Positions 1-9,812 of a stretch of 64,000 bases of DNA are shown here, one piece after another. A program made the position numbers and the translations under genes. Source of the stretch: Patescibacteria group bacterium (GTDB taxonomy: Bacteria > Patescibacteriota > Microgenomatia > UBA10105 > UBA927); the NCBI GenBank assembly GCA_049322955.1, contig JBMOPU010000012.1, forward strand, positions 788,791 through 852,790. Reading direction: 5' to 3'. The notes beneath the pieces are model-generated. The model was not told the origin of the DNA. It saw nothing but the letters and a program-made list of their open reading frames with translations, and did no database searches. How positions within the stretch are numbered: position 1 is the stretch's first letter; each line of letters begins with the position of its first letter.

Positions 1-234
1 GTCAGTTATTTCGTTTTTGTGTTTTAGGACACACAGCCGCAGGTGTCTCCTGGCAATAATGTATATGGCAGTATTTATTTGTTTGCGTGCCAATGCAAGT
101 GCAGTATGGGTAGCCTGCCAATTTTTTTCAAACTGTTTCCCAATAATCACGGCGTTAATAGTAGCTCGCGCGATAAAAAGCTGAGTAATGATTTTTTGCT
201 TATCAGAATCTACAACTTCGATCTTCATACGCAT
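1..234 (-). CDS. Partial CDS (runs off the window start), CsoR/RcnR-like helical repressor, degenerate
   Basis: Not in the ORF track. Hand translation MRMKIEVVDSDKQKIITQLFIARATINAV...ARRHLRLCVLKHKNEITD is open to position 1; HLxxCV resembles the CsoR metal site. Confidence 0.45.
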   Translation of the reverse strand, partial: MRMKIEVVDSDKQKIITQLFIARATINAVIIGKQFEKNWQATHTALALARKQINTAIYIIARRHLRLCVLKHKNEITD

Positions 235-406
235 ATGTTACCTGCCTGAGTATGAAGAAATTATTAAGATTAAATAAATTGTTGTTTGTAACGTGGAAAC
301 TTTGAGAACTTGATACATTTTCATCTGATCATTACAATATGAGAGTAGTTGTTGAAGAGAGATTCAAGTAATTTGCGTCTCCGCTCCGATTGAAAATTAC
401 AATCCT

Positions 407-844
407 ATGATATATATCGCCGGCGATAAACACGGGTACTCTGCGATAAGGTATGTTACCGAATATCTGACGGAAAAACGTATCGCGTTTGAAAATCTCG
501 GTGTTCAAAACAGCGAAACCGACGATAAACTCGAAAATTTTCTTCCAAAAGTCGCCTCACAAGTGCTTTCTCAACCGGAAAATAGCGGCATTGTGGCTTG
601 CGGCACGGGAGTCGGCGTCGAGGTGGGTATAAACAAATTCAAAGGCATCAGGGCGTGTCTAGCCAATGAGCCAAAAATCGCAAAATGGGGAAAGATATAC
701 GATAAGTGCAACGTTTTGTGTATACCCGGCTGGGAGATTGACAGAGAAACCGTTTTTGCGATTCTTGACGAGTGGTTTGGTAATTCCTATGACGGAAATA
801 CTGATAGACTGAAGATGTTTGAAGCGTTTGACGCGTGGAAATAA
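407..844 (+). CDS. rpiB: RpiB/LacA/LacB family sugar-phosphate isomerase
   Basis: IYIAGDKHG N-terminus, CGTGVG motif, NKFKGIRA, CNVLC. Confidence 0.85.
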   Translation: MIYIAGDKHGYSAIRYVTEYLTEKRIAFENLGVQNSETDDKLENFLPKVASQVLSQPENSGIVACGTGVGVEVGINKFKGIRACLANEPKIAKWGKIYDKCNVLCIPGWEIDRETVFAILDEWFGNSYDGNTDRLKMFEAFDAWK

Positions 845-942
845 CGCGTATTTACCCATAAAGTAACTTCGGGAAAATGAGCAAATCATCGATTCTGCCG
901 CGACACCAAGATCATCCACGGATAATCTATACTTAACTCATT

Positions 943-1755
943 GTGTTGAAAAAAACGATACGTATTTTATTGGTAGTATTCCCCCTCCTTTTTACCGCAG
1001 GGTTGTGGATATACGGTTTTATCCAGGCTAACGATTTCTCAATAGCAATTAAATCAGCCGACAATTTTACCTACACCAACATACTGGTTATCTTTCCGCA
1101 TCCCGATGATGGAGCGCAATCACTTTCGGGAACTCTTTCCCTTTTCGCAAAAAATAATGCGCAAATTAATTGGATTATATTGACGCGGGGAGAACGCGGC
1201 ACTGCTGACGCACATCCGGATGACAACCTGAAACGCATCAGAACCCAAGAATCGGAAACCGTGGCAAAAATTCTCAAGATAGATCCGCCATCGTTCGGTG
1301 ATTTTCCGGATAATCAATTGGCTGATCACGAAGATGCGCTTACAGCGTATGTACGGCAACAAATCGCAACATATAAGCCCGATTTGATTATTACCTACGA
1401 TGAATCAGGAGGGTACGGGCATCCCGATCACATGCTGGTATCCCGGATTGTTACCTCGTTACTCAAGACTGACTTTCCAAACATCCGATTATGGTACACC
1501 TCCACACCCGAAAAGTTATTTAACCAACTCTCCCTTCCCACGCACATGGCAACTAATCAGGAATTTCTTAAAAGCCGCAAGCCGCCTACCTTCCGCGTCT
1601 GGATCGGAGTAGCTGGTGTAGCCGCAAAAATTCGGACAGTATATGCGTATAAGAGTCAATTTAATTCTTTTATGAAAAGCGTACCGATAAAACAGATTCC
1701 GATGTGGTTTTATATTTCTCTCACGCCGTATGAATACTTTCATGACGTGAACTAA
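943..1755 (+). CDS. PIG-L/LmbE family N-deacetylase with N-terminal TM anchor
   Basis: PHPDD, TRGERG, GGYGHPDH and AYKSQ motifs. Confidence 0.85.
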   Translation: MLKKTIRILLVVFPLLFTAGLWIYGFIQANDFSIAIKSADNFTYTNILVIFPHPDDGAQSLSGTLSLFAKNNAQINWIILTRGERGTADAHPDDNLKRIRTQESETVAKILKIDPPSFGDFPDNQLADHEDALTAYVRQQIATYKPDLIITYDESGGYGHPDHMLVSRIVTSLLKTDFPNIRLWYTSTPEKLFNQLSLPTHMATNQEFLKSRKPPTFRVWIGVAGVAAKIRTVYAYKSQFNSFMKSVPIKQIPMWFYISLTPYEYFHDVN

Positions 1756-1890
1756 ACTATACTTTAACGTGCGTTCGGTCTTCCCTCTATCGCTTGTTAT
1801 ATATGGTGAAAGAATAAAAATGGAAAAGCAATATTTTGTGCATGCCCTACCATTTTCGACACTGATACTCTATGCTGAGTGAATATCAGT

Positions 1891-2298
1891 ATGAGCACAA
1901 CAACCGCAAAAACTATCGATGGATATAATCGGTTACAGTCCGGCAACGAACGGCAAATTTGCGTCCTTCTCAAGGAAACCATCGATCACACTTTGCCGAA
2001 TGCGGAATCTAAAATATGGCACGGCGACCCCGTGTGGTTTCTCGATGGCAATCCGATTGTCGGTTATAGCATACTGAAAGCAGGCATAAAACTGATGTTT
2101 TGGAGCGGTGCCGATTTTGAAGAGCCGGCACTCACCCCCACTACCGGCAAATTTAAAGATGCGTCGATAATTTATACGCAACCCGATCAGATCGATGTGA
2201 AGGATTTGACGCGGTGGATAAAAAAATCAATTCGTATTCAATGGGATTATAAAAACATAGTCAAACGCCGGGGAAAGCTTGTCAGAATAGGCAACTGA
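1891..2298 (+). CDS. DUF1801 (YdhG-like) protein
   Basis: KIWHGDPVWFLDGNPIVGYS...LMFWSGADF...QWDYKNIVKR family pattern; ATG 1891 preferred over GTG 1879. Confidence 0.8.
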   Translation: MSTTTAKTIDGYNRLQSGNERQICVLLKETIDHTLPNAESKIWHGDPVWFLDGNPIVGYSILKAGIKLMFWSGADFEEPALTPTTGKFKDASIIYTQPDQIDVKDLTRWIKKSIRIQWDYKNIVKRRGKLVRIGN

Positions 2299-2347
2299 CA
2301 AGCGGACGCGACAAGTGAACTTGTAGAGGATCCGGTAATCACCGTAT

Positions 2348-2986
2348 ATGAAGTCAACAATCCTTATCTCTCTCATAGGCATCCTACTGGTGAGCGCCAT
2401 AATTCTTGGAGCTTTGGGATATCACATGGGCACACCATTAACCACCCCGCAAACTGCGGTAGTTTCCACAAATACGGAGGCGACTTCTGCCTCCACACCG
2501 CCGACACCGATATCGAAGAAAACCCAGGAGAAAGGAGATGCGTTTGCCTCATGTGTCGTTTTTTCCCGACGAAATGTGAATACGTATGGCAGTAATCCCA
2601 ATATGCTTGATGACCGGTCGGAATTGCGGTGCAACAATCAGGGTACCTGGCAAACAATGGTCACGGTAAAGGATAAGGCGGGTTCATCCGCGTCAGCGCA
2701 CTCGATTTATCGGTTCTGGAAAGACGAAAACGGGTATCGGTTGCTTATCGTTGATACAAACGGCGCGGGAAGTGGCGAGGGAATCGGCAAACTCGTTACT
2801 CTTTTTAACGACTCCGCCGTACTCACTTCATGTTTTTCGTTTCTCCCGGAAGATTTTTCCGTGCTTTCGACCGAAAAATGGAATACCCCGCTTTCCGCGG
2901 AAGAATATGGGGCTATCCAAAAAAACTTATTGAGCAACACAGGTTCAGGTTGTACTAACTACACCATTGCTTCGTCCGTGCGTTAA
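2348..2986 (+). CDS. Hypothetical membrane-anchored extracellular protein
   Basis: N-terminal hydrophobic helix, Thr/Pro linker, 4 Cys. Confidence 0.7.
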   Translation: MKSTILISLIGILLVSAIILGALGYHMGTPLTTPQTAVVSTNTEATSASTPPTPISKKTQEKGDAFASCVVFSRRNVNTYGSNPNMLDDRSELRCNNQGTWQTMVTVKDKAGSSASAHSIYRFWKDENGYRLLIVDTNGAGSGEGIGKLVTLFNDSAVLTSCFSFLPEDFSVLSTEKWNTPLSAEEYGAIQKNLLSNTGSGCTNYTIASSVR

Positions 2987-3025
2987 TTTTGTGTCCGGCT
3001 CATACAATTTGCTACACTGATATGT

Positions 3026-3973
3026 ATGCTTGGTCATATTGCACTCTATGCATTGGGATTTGCCGGTATATGGTTCGGTGCGGGTATTGCCATACGGGCG
3101 GTGGAGAAAATCGCCCATAAACTCCGACTCTCTTCGTTTCTCGTTTCGTTTCTCGTGCTCGGATTTTTTACCTCGATTAGCGAAGTATCGGTGGGAGTCA
3201 ACGCCGTGCTTTCGGGTCAGCCTGACATTTTCGTGGGAAATCTTATCGGTGCGTCTATCGTGCTGTTCCTTATGGTGATTCCCCTCCTTGCCATTGTGGG
3301 GCACCCCATATCCATAAACAAAGAAGTACGCGGACGCCATCTCATCCTCCCACTCGTGGTTGTTGCTATCCCGGTCTTACTGTCGTTCGACGGCATGGTA
3401 AGCCGTATTGATGCCATCATTGCGGTTACGCTCTTTGCACTATCGGCACTGGTTCTGGAACGGCGGAAAGGGTTTGTCAAAAACGTAGCGACGTACGCCA
3501 CTTTCAAAAATCTGTCGGTAGCAACCGAATTTTCCAAAACGCTCGCGGGATCGCTTATCATTTACGCCTCAAGCTGGATGGTCGTCAATCAGACGCACTA
3601 CTTTTCTACCCTGCTGGGGCTTTCGGATTTTTTCATCAGTCTTATGGTTATCGGCATCGGCACCAACTTGCCGGAACTTTCCCTGATCGTGCGCTCGCTC
3701 TTTATGAAAAGTAATCAGGTGGCGTTCGGCGATTACCTGGGTTCGGCATCATTTAACTCCTTCCTTTACGGCATCCTTACGCTCTGGCACGGAAAATCCA
3801 TTATGTTAAACAATAGTTACGCGGTAAGTTTAGGCTTTCTGATCGTGGGACTGGTCTTATTTTTTATCTTTGCCAAAAGTAAGCACACTATTTCACGCCT
3901 TGAGGCATTGGGATTATTTACGCTCTATATCGCGTTTTTCCTGATTGAAGTATTTACGCACTTACCCGCCTAA
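3026..3973 (+). CDS. Sodium/calcium exchanger family (YrbG-like) antiporter
   Basis: Two alpha repeats, TSISEV...GNLIGAS and GTNLPEL...GDYLGSA; polytopic. Confidence 0.85.
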   Translation: MLGHIALYALGFAGIWFGAGIAIRAVEKIAHKLRLSSFLVSFLVLGFFTSISEVSVGVNAVLSGQPDIFVGNLIGASIVLFLMVIPLLAIVGHPISINKEVRGRHLILPLVVVAIPVLLSFDGMVSRIDAIIAVTLFALSALVLERRKGFVKNVATYATFKNLSVATEFSKTLAGSLIIYASSWMVVNQTHYFSTLLGLSDFFISLMVIGIGTNLPELSLIVRSLFMKSNQVAFGDYLGSASFNSFLYGILTLWHGKSIMLNNSYAVSLGFLIVGLVLFFIFAKSKHTISRLEALGLFTLYIAFFLIEVFTHLPA

Positions 3974-4945
3974 TCACCGAAGATACGTGTCGATATTCTC
4001 CAGGTGCTCTTCGTAGGTTTCCGCACAGTGAATCTCCCGGTCCGATGAGTGGAGATAGAAAATACAGTCCGTTTCTTCAGGGTTTAACACCGCTTCTATT
4101 GCGGCGAGTCCAGGGTTACTGATGGGTCCGGGCGGAAGTCCTTTATTGCGATACGTATTGTACGGCGATTCCAGGTATTTATCCTGCGGGACCACTCTCG
4201 GCCACCAGCCGTCCTCGCTGTTGCCGCGTATATACTGAAGCGTCGCGTCGATTTCGAGCCGCATGTCGATGTCCAGCCGTTTCCATATGATGCCCGCGAT
4301 AAGCGCCTTGTCGCTATCTCCACCCGATTCCCGTTCGATAAGCGATGCGATTTTTAGCGCCGTCGTCCATTTGATATTTTTTGCCGTAAATTTATCGACG
4401 TACGGCGCGAATTTGGTATTGAAGTTATCCAGAAACCGTTTTGCCACAAGCGGTACGGGTTCATCGGTCGGCAACAGGTAAGTATCGGGAAAATACACTC
4501 CCTCGCGATACTCCGCAGAATCGGCGTTAAAGGCATTCCATTCTTTTTCCTGTTCCGCGGTCCACCCCAGCGTCGTACCCAAGAGTTCACCGATTTGTTC
4601 TTTGCGCAGTCCCTCACGCACGGTCACCCAAAAAAACTGCGGGGTATCCGTAATTTTTTCCGCGATGTCCCATGCGGGCATAGACGTATTGAGTCTATAC
4701 CCTCCCGGCACCACGGACTTCCCCACCGCGGTAATGTCCATAAACAACCGAAAAGCCGCTTCATTTTTGATAAGTCCCAACTTTTTGAGTTCTGCGGGAA
4801 CATCAAATTCGGCATTCTGTTGTGGAACGATGAGCACCCATTGTTCGGCAACGCGACTTACCGGTCCCAGTGTGTTCCACACACCGAATCCGATGGCACA
4901 AAGAGCGAGAGTAAATGCGATGACAAATGAAAGGATGTGCTTCAT
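3974..4945 (-). CDS. mltG: Endolytic transglycosylase MltG
   Basis: EGVYFPDTY, IASLIERE, YNTYRNKGLPPGPISNPGLAAIEAVLNP. Confidence 0.95.
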   Translation of the reverse strand: MKHILSFVIAFTLALCAIGFGVWNTLGPVSRVAEQWVLIVPQQNAEFDVPAELKKLGLIKNEAAFRLFMDITAVGKSVVPGGYRLNTSMPAWDIAEKITDTPQFFWVTVREGLRKEQIGELLGTTLGWTAEQEKEWNAFNADSAEYREGVYFPDTYLLPTDEPVPLVAKRFLDNFNTKFAPYVDKFTAKNIKWTTALKIASLIERESGGDSDKALIAGIIWKRLDIDMRLEIDATLQYIRGNSEDGWWPRVVPQDKYLESPYNTYRNKGLPPGPISNPGLAAIEAVLNPEETDCIFYLHSSDREIHCAETYEEHLENIDTYLR

Positions 4946-4981
4946 GAAGGAAAACCGATTTCCCCATGATACAATCTATAC

Positions 4982-5857
4982 ATGGAAAATTCCATGACTG
5001 TGGCCGTTTCATCTGACTGGAAAGAGTATGAACTGATCGACAGCGGCAACGGCGAGAAACTTGAGCGGTTTTCGTCATATATCATTTCCCGTCCCGACCC
5101 GCGCGCCATATGGAAACCCATTGCCCCCTCCGCCGTATGGGACAGGGCACATGCGCGGTACGTACGGGGATCCAAAGAAGAAGGGTATTGGGACATCAGG
5201 ATGCCTCCCCCGCAAAACTGGCAGGTTCGTTACCATGACCTCGTATTCACCCTGAAACCGACGTCTTTTAAACACGTGGGGGTGTTTCCCGAACAATCCG
5301 TAAATTGGCGATGGATGATGCAGACAATTGCAGGACGTCCGCTCAAGGTATTAAACCTGTTTGCGTACACCGGAGGTGCCACCATGGCGGCGCTTGCGGC
5401 GGGAGCACATGTTACCCATGTAGATAGTGCAAAAGGCGCCATCGAGTGGGCAAAAGAAAACGCCACAGCTTCCGAACTGATCGATAAACCGGTTCGCTGG
5501 ATTACCGATGATGCGGTGAAATTTGCGGCAAGAGAGCTCAAGCGCGGCAATACCTATGACGGCATCATCCTTGATCCGCCGCGTTTCGGCAGAGGACCCA
5601 AAGGTGAGGTGTGGAAAATTGAGGTCGACCTGCCGAAACTTACCCCGATACTCACGGGGCTTTTGTCCCCCAACCCCGCATTTGTTTTGATAAACGCCTA
5701 CACTGCGGACTTATCGGCACTCGTAATCGGTCACTTACTGCAGGATATGACGGCATCTCTTCCGGGCACCCGATCGTTCGGCGAATTGACGATTGCGGAT
5801 TCGACAAGCGGTCGATTGCTTCCCAACGGTATTTTCGCCCGATGGAGCGCTTCCTGA
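4982..5857 (+). CDS. Class I SAM-dependent methyltransferase (RlmI/RlmK-like)
   Basis: KVLNLFAYTGGAT, THVD, IILDPPRFGRG. Confidence 0.85.
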   Translation: MENSMTVAVSSDWKEYELIDSGNGEKLERFSSYIISRPDPRAIWKPIAPSAVWDRAHARYVRGSKEEGYWDIRMPPPQNWQVRYHDLVFTLKPTSFKHVGVFPEQSVNWRWMMQTIAGRPLKVLNLFAYTGGATMAALAAGAHVTHVDSAKGAIEWAKENATASELIDKPVRWITDDAVKFAARELKRGNTYDGIILDPPRFGRGPKGEVWKIEVDLPKLTPILTGLLSPNPAFVLINAYTADLSALVIGHLLQDMTASLPGTRSFGELTIADSTSGRLLPNGIFARWSAS

Positions 5858-5870
5858 GCAGATTCAAGTT

Positions 5871-5879
5871 TGCTATAAT
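5871..5879 (+). promoter_or_regulatory. Extended -10 promoter (TGcTATAAT) for the leader/tRNA-Thr transcript
   Basis: tgctataat 5871-5879. Confidence 0.65.
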
Positions 5880-5977
5880 AAGGTGCCCTAAAACCGATGC
5901 GAAAAGAGCGAGGTTGCAAAAAGGGCATAATCCGTTGCGAAGGGGTGATACAGTTGGGAGAACCTTCGCAACTTATT

Positions 5978-6016
5978 GAAGGAAAAGCGTTGGGGAAAAA
6001 CCTCGGTTTTGCCCCA
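5978..6016. repeat. Diverged copy of the hairpin repeat found twice at 61.7 kb
   Basis: gaaggaaaagcgttggggaaaaacctcggttttgcccca versus gaagggaaaatcgttgggaaaaaaccgcaggttttgtccca. Confidence 0.75.
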
Positions 6017-6023
6017 TGAAGAT

Positions 6024-6097
6024 GCCCCCTTAGCTCAACGGCAGAGCAGCGGTATCGTAAACCGTAGATGTCAGTCCAATTCTGACAGGGGGCTCCA
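6024..6097 (+). tRNA. tRNA-Thr(CGT), CCA encoded
   Basis: Cloverleaf: GCCCCCT/AGGGGGC acceptor, GCTC/GAGC D stem, GCGGT-ATCGTAA-ACCGT anticodon arm, GTCAG-TCCAATT-CTGAC T arm, TCCA end. Confidence 0.9.
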
Positions 6098-6103
6098 AAA
6101 TTT

Positions 6104-6817
6104 ATGATTTCATCCCGATTACGAAGAGTTGAGGAAAAAAAAGCTTCCAAACGGATGGCAATGGCCGTTATCGGGATGGTGGGAACACTCGTGTTCCTTG
6201 CGCTTTTCGGCGTAAAAATTCTCATCGGTTTCAGTGTGTTAGTGGATAAAATTCGCGGGAACTCCCCCGCCCAACAGCAACCGCAGGAATCCCTGATCCT
6301 TCCGCCGGTACTTGATCCGCTTCCCGAGGCCACCCATAGTGCTACCCTCGACGTGCACGGCAGGGGCACCGCGAAAATGACGGCAATACTTTTCGTCAAT
6401 GACAGTGAGTACAAAAAAGTGCCGATTACCGATGACGGAAGCTTCACCGTCACGGATATTCCGGTCGAACCGGGAACGGTCACCGTACGCGCCAAAATTA
6501 CCGACGGAAAAGACAACACCAGTGATTTTTCCCCCGTCATTTCCACTGTTGTGGATCGAACCCCGCCGAAACTGACCATCGACAATCCCGAAGATAACAT
6601 CACCGTCAATGACGGGACACATAAAGTTACAGTTAACGGGATCACCGATGAAGGCATGAAAGTGACGATCAACGGACGGATTGTCGTCGTAAAATCAGAC
6701 GGATCGTTCACCTACAGCATGCCATTAAATGATGGGGATAATCTTTTGACTATAATCGCCAAGGATCCGGCGGGTAATGAAACTTCGCAAACCCGTAAGG
6801 TTATTTATAAGCCGTGA
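6104..6817 (+). CDS. Membrane-anchored protein with two bacterial Ig-like domains
   Basis: TM helix, then beta-rich repeats (DRTPPKLTI, DGSFTY...LNDGDNLLTIIAKDPAGNET). Confidence 0.8.
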   Translation: MISSRLRRVEEKKASKRMAMAVIGMVGTLVFLALFGVKILIGFSVLVDKIRGNSPAQQQPQESLILPPVLDPLPEATHSATLDVHGRGTAKMTAILFVNDSEYKKVPITDDGSFTVTDIPVEPGTVTVRAKITDGKDNTSDFSPVISTVVDRTPPKLTIDNPEDNITVNDGTHKVTVNGITDEGMKVTINGRIVVVKSDGSFTYSMPLNDGDNLLTIIAKDPAGNETSQTRKVIYKP

Positions 6818-7982
6818 TTTCCTGTTCCATTGTTCCAGTGAGTATCCACAGCCATACCAACACCCACGGGTAAAACAGACTATTCACAAACAGACTGTGT
6901 AAGAGGAGTGCGGTCAACACACCCAGATACGTAGCCGCGGACAACCGATGCTTCTCGCCTGCTCGGTACAGTCGCATCCCCGATCCAAAAAGTGACACGA
7001 GTAACCATACGTACACCCCAAAACCGACAAGTCCTGTAGTCGCTCCCACAAAGAGCAGGCTCGTGTCCAGTCCCGCCCCCGCCCTTGAGGGGACGGACGA
7101 TTCATCAAGCCAGCTCCGCTCTCTTGCCACAAACCGCAAAAGATTAAATCCGTGACCGAATAACGGCTTTTCTTTGATAAGGGTGATCGCCCGCTGGGCA
7201 TTACCGACCCGGGCATACGAAGACACACTGCGGAATAGGTTGCGGCCTTCGCCCGAATTCGGCAGTAACAGAAAACCCACAAGAACTGCGGCGATGACAA
7301 TCCCCGCCAGCTTTTTATACCCGGAAAGTACCGCCCACACGATAAGACCGCCGACCAGTGCGACTATACTACTTCGGGAATACGTCAGGGCAAAGGCAAG
7401 CAACACCAGTCCCGTTAACGCATATCGCATGAACGGTTGCATGCCTTTGTGTTGTGTTCCCAGAAGCGAAAGGAGGGTAAGCGTGAGGATGATCCCCATA
7501 AAATTCGGATCAAGCAGGGTACCGAACAGTCGTTGATAGTGAGGATCCCACCCAAGATACGCAAGATTCCGTAAATCGGGGTACCAAAAATACTGAAGCA
7601 AGCCGACACCCGCCATGCACACTCCGGAGAGGGTGAGTGTACGCCGCCAAACGACGGGAGCAAATAATTTCCCCACGGCTGTCCAATACAACGCGGCATA
7701 TAGGAGGAAACGGAGCACATAAAGGAGTCCTCCTCCCACGACATAGAGCGGCACATTTGTCACTGTCTGTGCCAGTGAAATAAGGCAGATTCCGGTAAAT
7801 GCGATTATCGGTGCCCAAAGATGCGGGATTATACGCTTTTTTCCGCTTCGGAGCGCTCCGTACAAAACGAGGACAAGCACGGAAATATCAAGCAGGGTCA
7901 CCCGCGCACCCAACGCGACGGGCATCGAAATAATGTTTCCCGCGATGAGTCCCGCGGCAAGAAACAGTAAGGGATAGTGCAT
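6801..7982 (-). CDS. O-antigen ligase family (Wzy_C) protein
   Basis: RLFGTLLDPNF, LTYSRSS, PLFGHGF, LHSLFVNSLFYP. Confidence 0.85.
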   Translation of the reverse strand: MHYPLLFLAAGLIAGNIISMPVALGARVTLLDISVLVLVLYGALRSGKKRIIPHLWAPIIAFTGICLISLAQTVTNVPLYVVGGGLLYVLRFLLYAALYWTAVGKLFAPVVWRRTLTLSGVCMAGVGLLQYFWYPDLRNLAYLGWDPHYQRLFGTLLDPNFMGIILTLTLLSLLGTQHKGMQPFMRYALTGLVLLAFALTYSRSSIVALVGGLIVWAVLSGYKKLAGIVIAAVLVGFLLLPNSGEGRNLFRSVSSYARVGNAQRAITLIKEKPLFGHGFNLLRFVARERSWLDESSVPSRAGAGLDTSLLFVGATTGLVGFGVYVWLLVSLFGSGMRLYRAGEKHRLSAATYLGVLTALLLHSLFVNSLFYPWVLVWLWILTGTMEQEITAYK

Positions 7983-7983
7983 A

Positions 7984-9066
7984 TCAAAAAATACTTACTA
8001 GCCAAAGTATAATCGCTCCGATAGTCCCGTGAGAAGCGGGTATCCACCCGAACGGCAAACCGGTGAAAAATCCCGGTGATGCAACATTGGCGCTTATCAA
8101 CAGATACCCGAGCACCAAGAGGCCCCGAAACATCTTTTTTTCATTACGTTTCCACAACACAAAAAAAGTCGGAATCAAAAAAACAAAGTGATGTTGCCAG
8201 GCAATGGGTTCGACAAGCAAAAATACCGGCATTGCAAGCCATAATGCCTCGGGAAACCGTATTTTATTTTTTCGGAACGCAGAGGCGGTTACGGTGATGA
8301 TGATACCCGCGATAATTGCGTACGAAATAACGTCTGTTGTTCCCATTCGCGCCAACAATCCCGTAATCCCCTGATTGTAGTAGATACCGTGATCCTGCCA
8401 TGTCCCCATTGCTTTCTGCATCCGTTCCGCGTATCGCACGTACGCATCAAATCCGTACACGCCCAACGATGCGATACCAACACCTGCCATCCACGCACCA
8501 ACGGAAAGCAGAGTCGTCCACCGACGGTATGCCAGAAGCACCGCCAGGAGAAGGATAACCTCCGGCTTGATAAGAACAGCCAGCGCGAATAATCCGCCCA
8601 TTACCAGCCGGTGATATTTATTTTCATAATAAATCGCACCGATAATGAGTGCCAACGCGTAAAAATTAACTTGCCCCATCCCCAAGGTAAATTGACTGGG
8701 AAATGACAAATAGCTCAAAGCGACAAGGGTAAGTGTCGTTCGCGTGTCGGTTACTCCTGATTGTCTTGCCAGGAACCATACGATACCGACAAGACTGGCA
8801 AATGAGCCAAGTATCCATAACGCTTCCATAATTTCATACGGAAGAAGCGCCAACGGGGAAAATACCAATAGCGACGCGGGGGGCAACAGGTGGATGGGAC
8901 GCGGGACGTTTCGTATTACCTCTCCGGCCGCCTCGTAGTAATAGAAAAAATCCGGTGCGGATGTGGCGATGATCCGAAACACGGAAACCGCGGCCTTGAG
9001 CGCCGCGCCGACAACGACAACCCATTGAGCGACGACAATTACCCGCGCTGATTTTGGAGTTGCCAT
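7984..9066 (-). CDS. GT87 (DUF2029) membrane glycosyltransferase
   Basis: PDFFYYY, LPP, GQVN, LAVLIKP, NQG, PIAWQHH motifs. Confidence 0.85.
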   Translation of the reverse strand: MATPKSARVIVVAQWVVVVGAALKAAVSVFRIIATSAPDFFYYYEAAGEVIRNVPRPIHLLPPASLLVFSPLALLPYEIMEALWILGSFASLVGIVWFLARQSGVTDTRTTLTLVALSYLSFPSQFTLGMGQVNFYALALIIGAIYYENKYHRLVMGGLFALAVLIKPEVILLLAVLLAYRRWTTLLSVGAWMAGVGIASLGVYGFDAYVRYAERMQKAMGTWQDHGIYYNQGITGLLARMGTTDVISYAIIAGIIITVTASAFRKNKIRFPEALWLAMPVFLLVEPIAWQHHFVFLIPTFFVLWKRNEKKMFRGLLVLGYLLISANVASPGFFTGLPFGWIPASHGTIGAIILWLVSIF

Positions 9067-9785
9067 ATTTTTGCTCGGGTAAGAAATGAGTGAAAACTCA
9101 TCATGAGGGCAACAATACTTCCCACAACACCGTCACGGTACCCTTGCTTGCCGACATAGTTTAGGAAAAATTTTGCCAGGGGATACGCGACTATCTGCCA
9201 TACCGTAACCCGGGTGCCGGTTTCATAAAAATGTTTTGCGTTTATCGTGGAATAGTCGTTGATGTCCCGAAGAAATTCCGCCACCGTCTGATGCGGCATA
9301 TGCGTAAGCGGAGCATTGAGTGTCCCGACAACTCCCGCCACCTTCCATACCTCATGTACGGGTCGGTGCCATTTGCCCTTTCCGCTCCTGCCGAGGCGGA
9401 GGAGTCGCACCCCTGCCGTCTCACCGAATCGTAATGTCGTTCCCCAGAGCACATCCTGCCGTTTGAGGAAGAAGCCGCTGACATCCACCTGAAGAACCGC
9501 TTCTTGTATCTCGCGGGCAAGTTCAGGACTCACCACTTCATCGGCATCGACAAAGAGTATCCATTCTCCCCGGGCTTTGGATAGTCCGAAATTACGTTGA
9601 GCGGCAAAATCACCATTGATGGCACGAGTGTGCACAACCGCTTTTTTTCTCTTTGCGACGGCAATCGTGTCATCGGTGGAATTGTCGTCTATGACAATCA
9701 CTTCGTTGCAAAATCGCACGCTATCAAGCGTCATCTCGAGTGTCCGGGCGGCATTGCGGGCGAGAATAACTGCGGATATACCCAT
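9039..9785 (-). CDS. GT2 glycosyltransferase (WaaE/KdtX-like)
   Basis: IDDNSTD, DFAAQRNFGL, FVDADE, VHE, GYRDG. Confidence 0.9.
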   Translation of the reverse strand: MGISAVILARNAARTLEMTLDSVRFCNEVIVIDDNSTDDTIAVAKRKKAVVHTRAINGDFAAQRNFGLSKARGEWILFVDADEVVSPELAREIQEAVLQVDVSGFFLKRQDVLWGTTLRFGETAGVRLLRLGRSGKGKWHRPVHEVWKVAGVVGTLNAPLTHMPHQTVAEFLRDINDYSTINAKHFYETGTRVTVWQIVAYPLAKFFLNYVGKQGYRDGVVGSIVALMMSFHSFLTRAKIWQLQNQRG

Positions 9786-9812
9786 AGTATGTATTCATTG
9801 TATCATACGGCT

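Noticed and set aside
4945-4969. tgaaggaaaaccgatttccccatga resembles a collapsed copy of the 5978 hairpin repeat
   Set aside because: Match is short and overlaps divergent promoters and a start codon; cannot be separated from chance without a model
5731-6711. Long antisense ORFs (also 22415-23089, 24574-25536, 42873-43589, 44413-45180, 54444-55295, 56543-57292)
   Set aside because: Shadow frames of well-supported genes on the opposite strand, with no motifs
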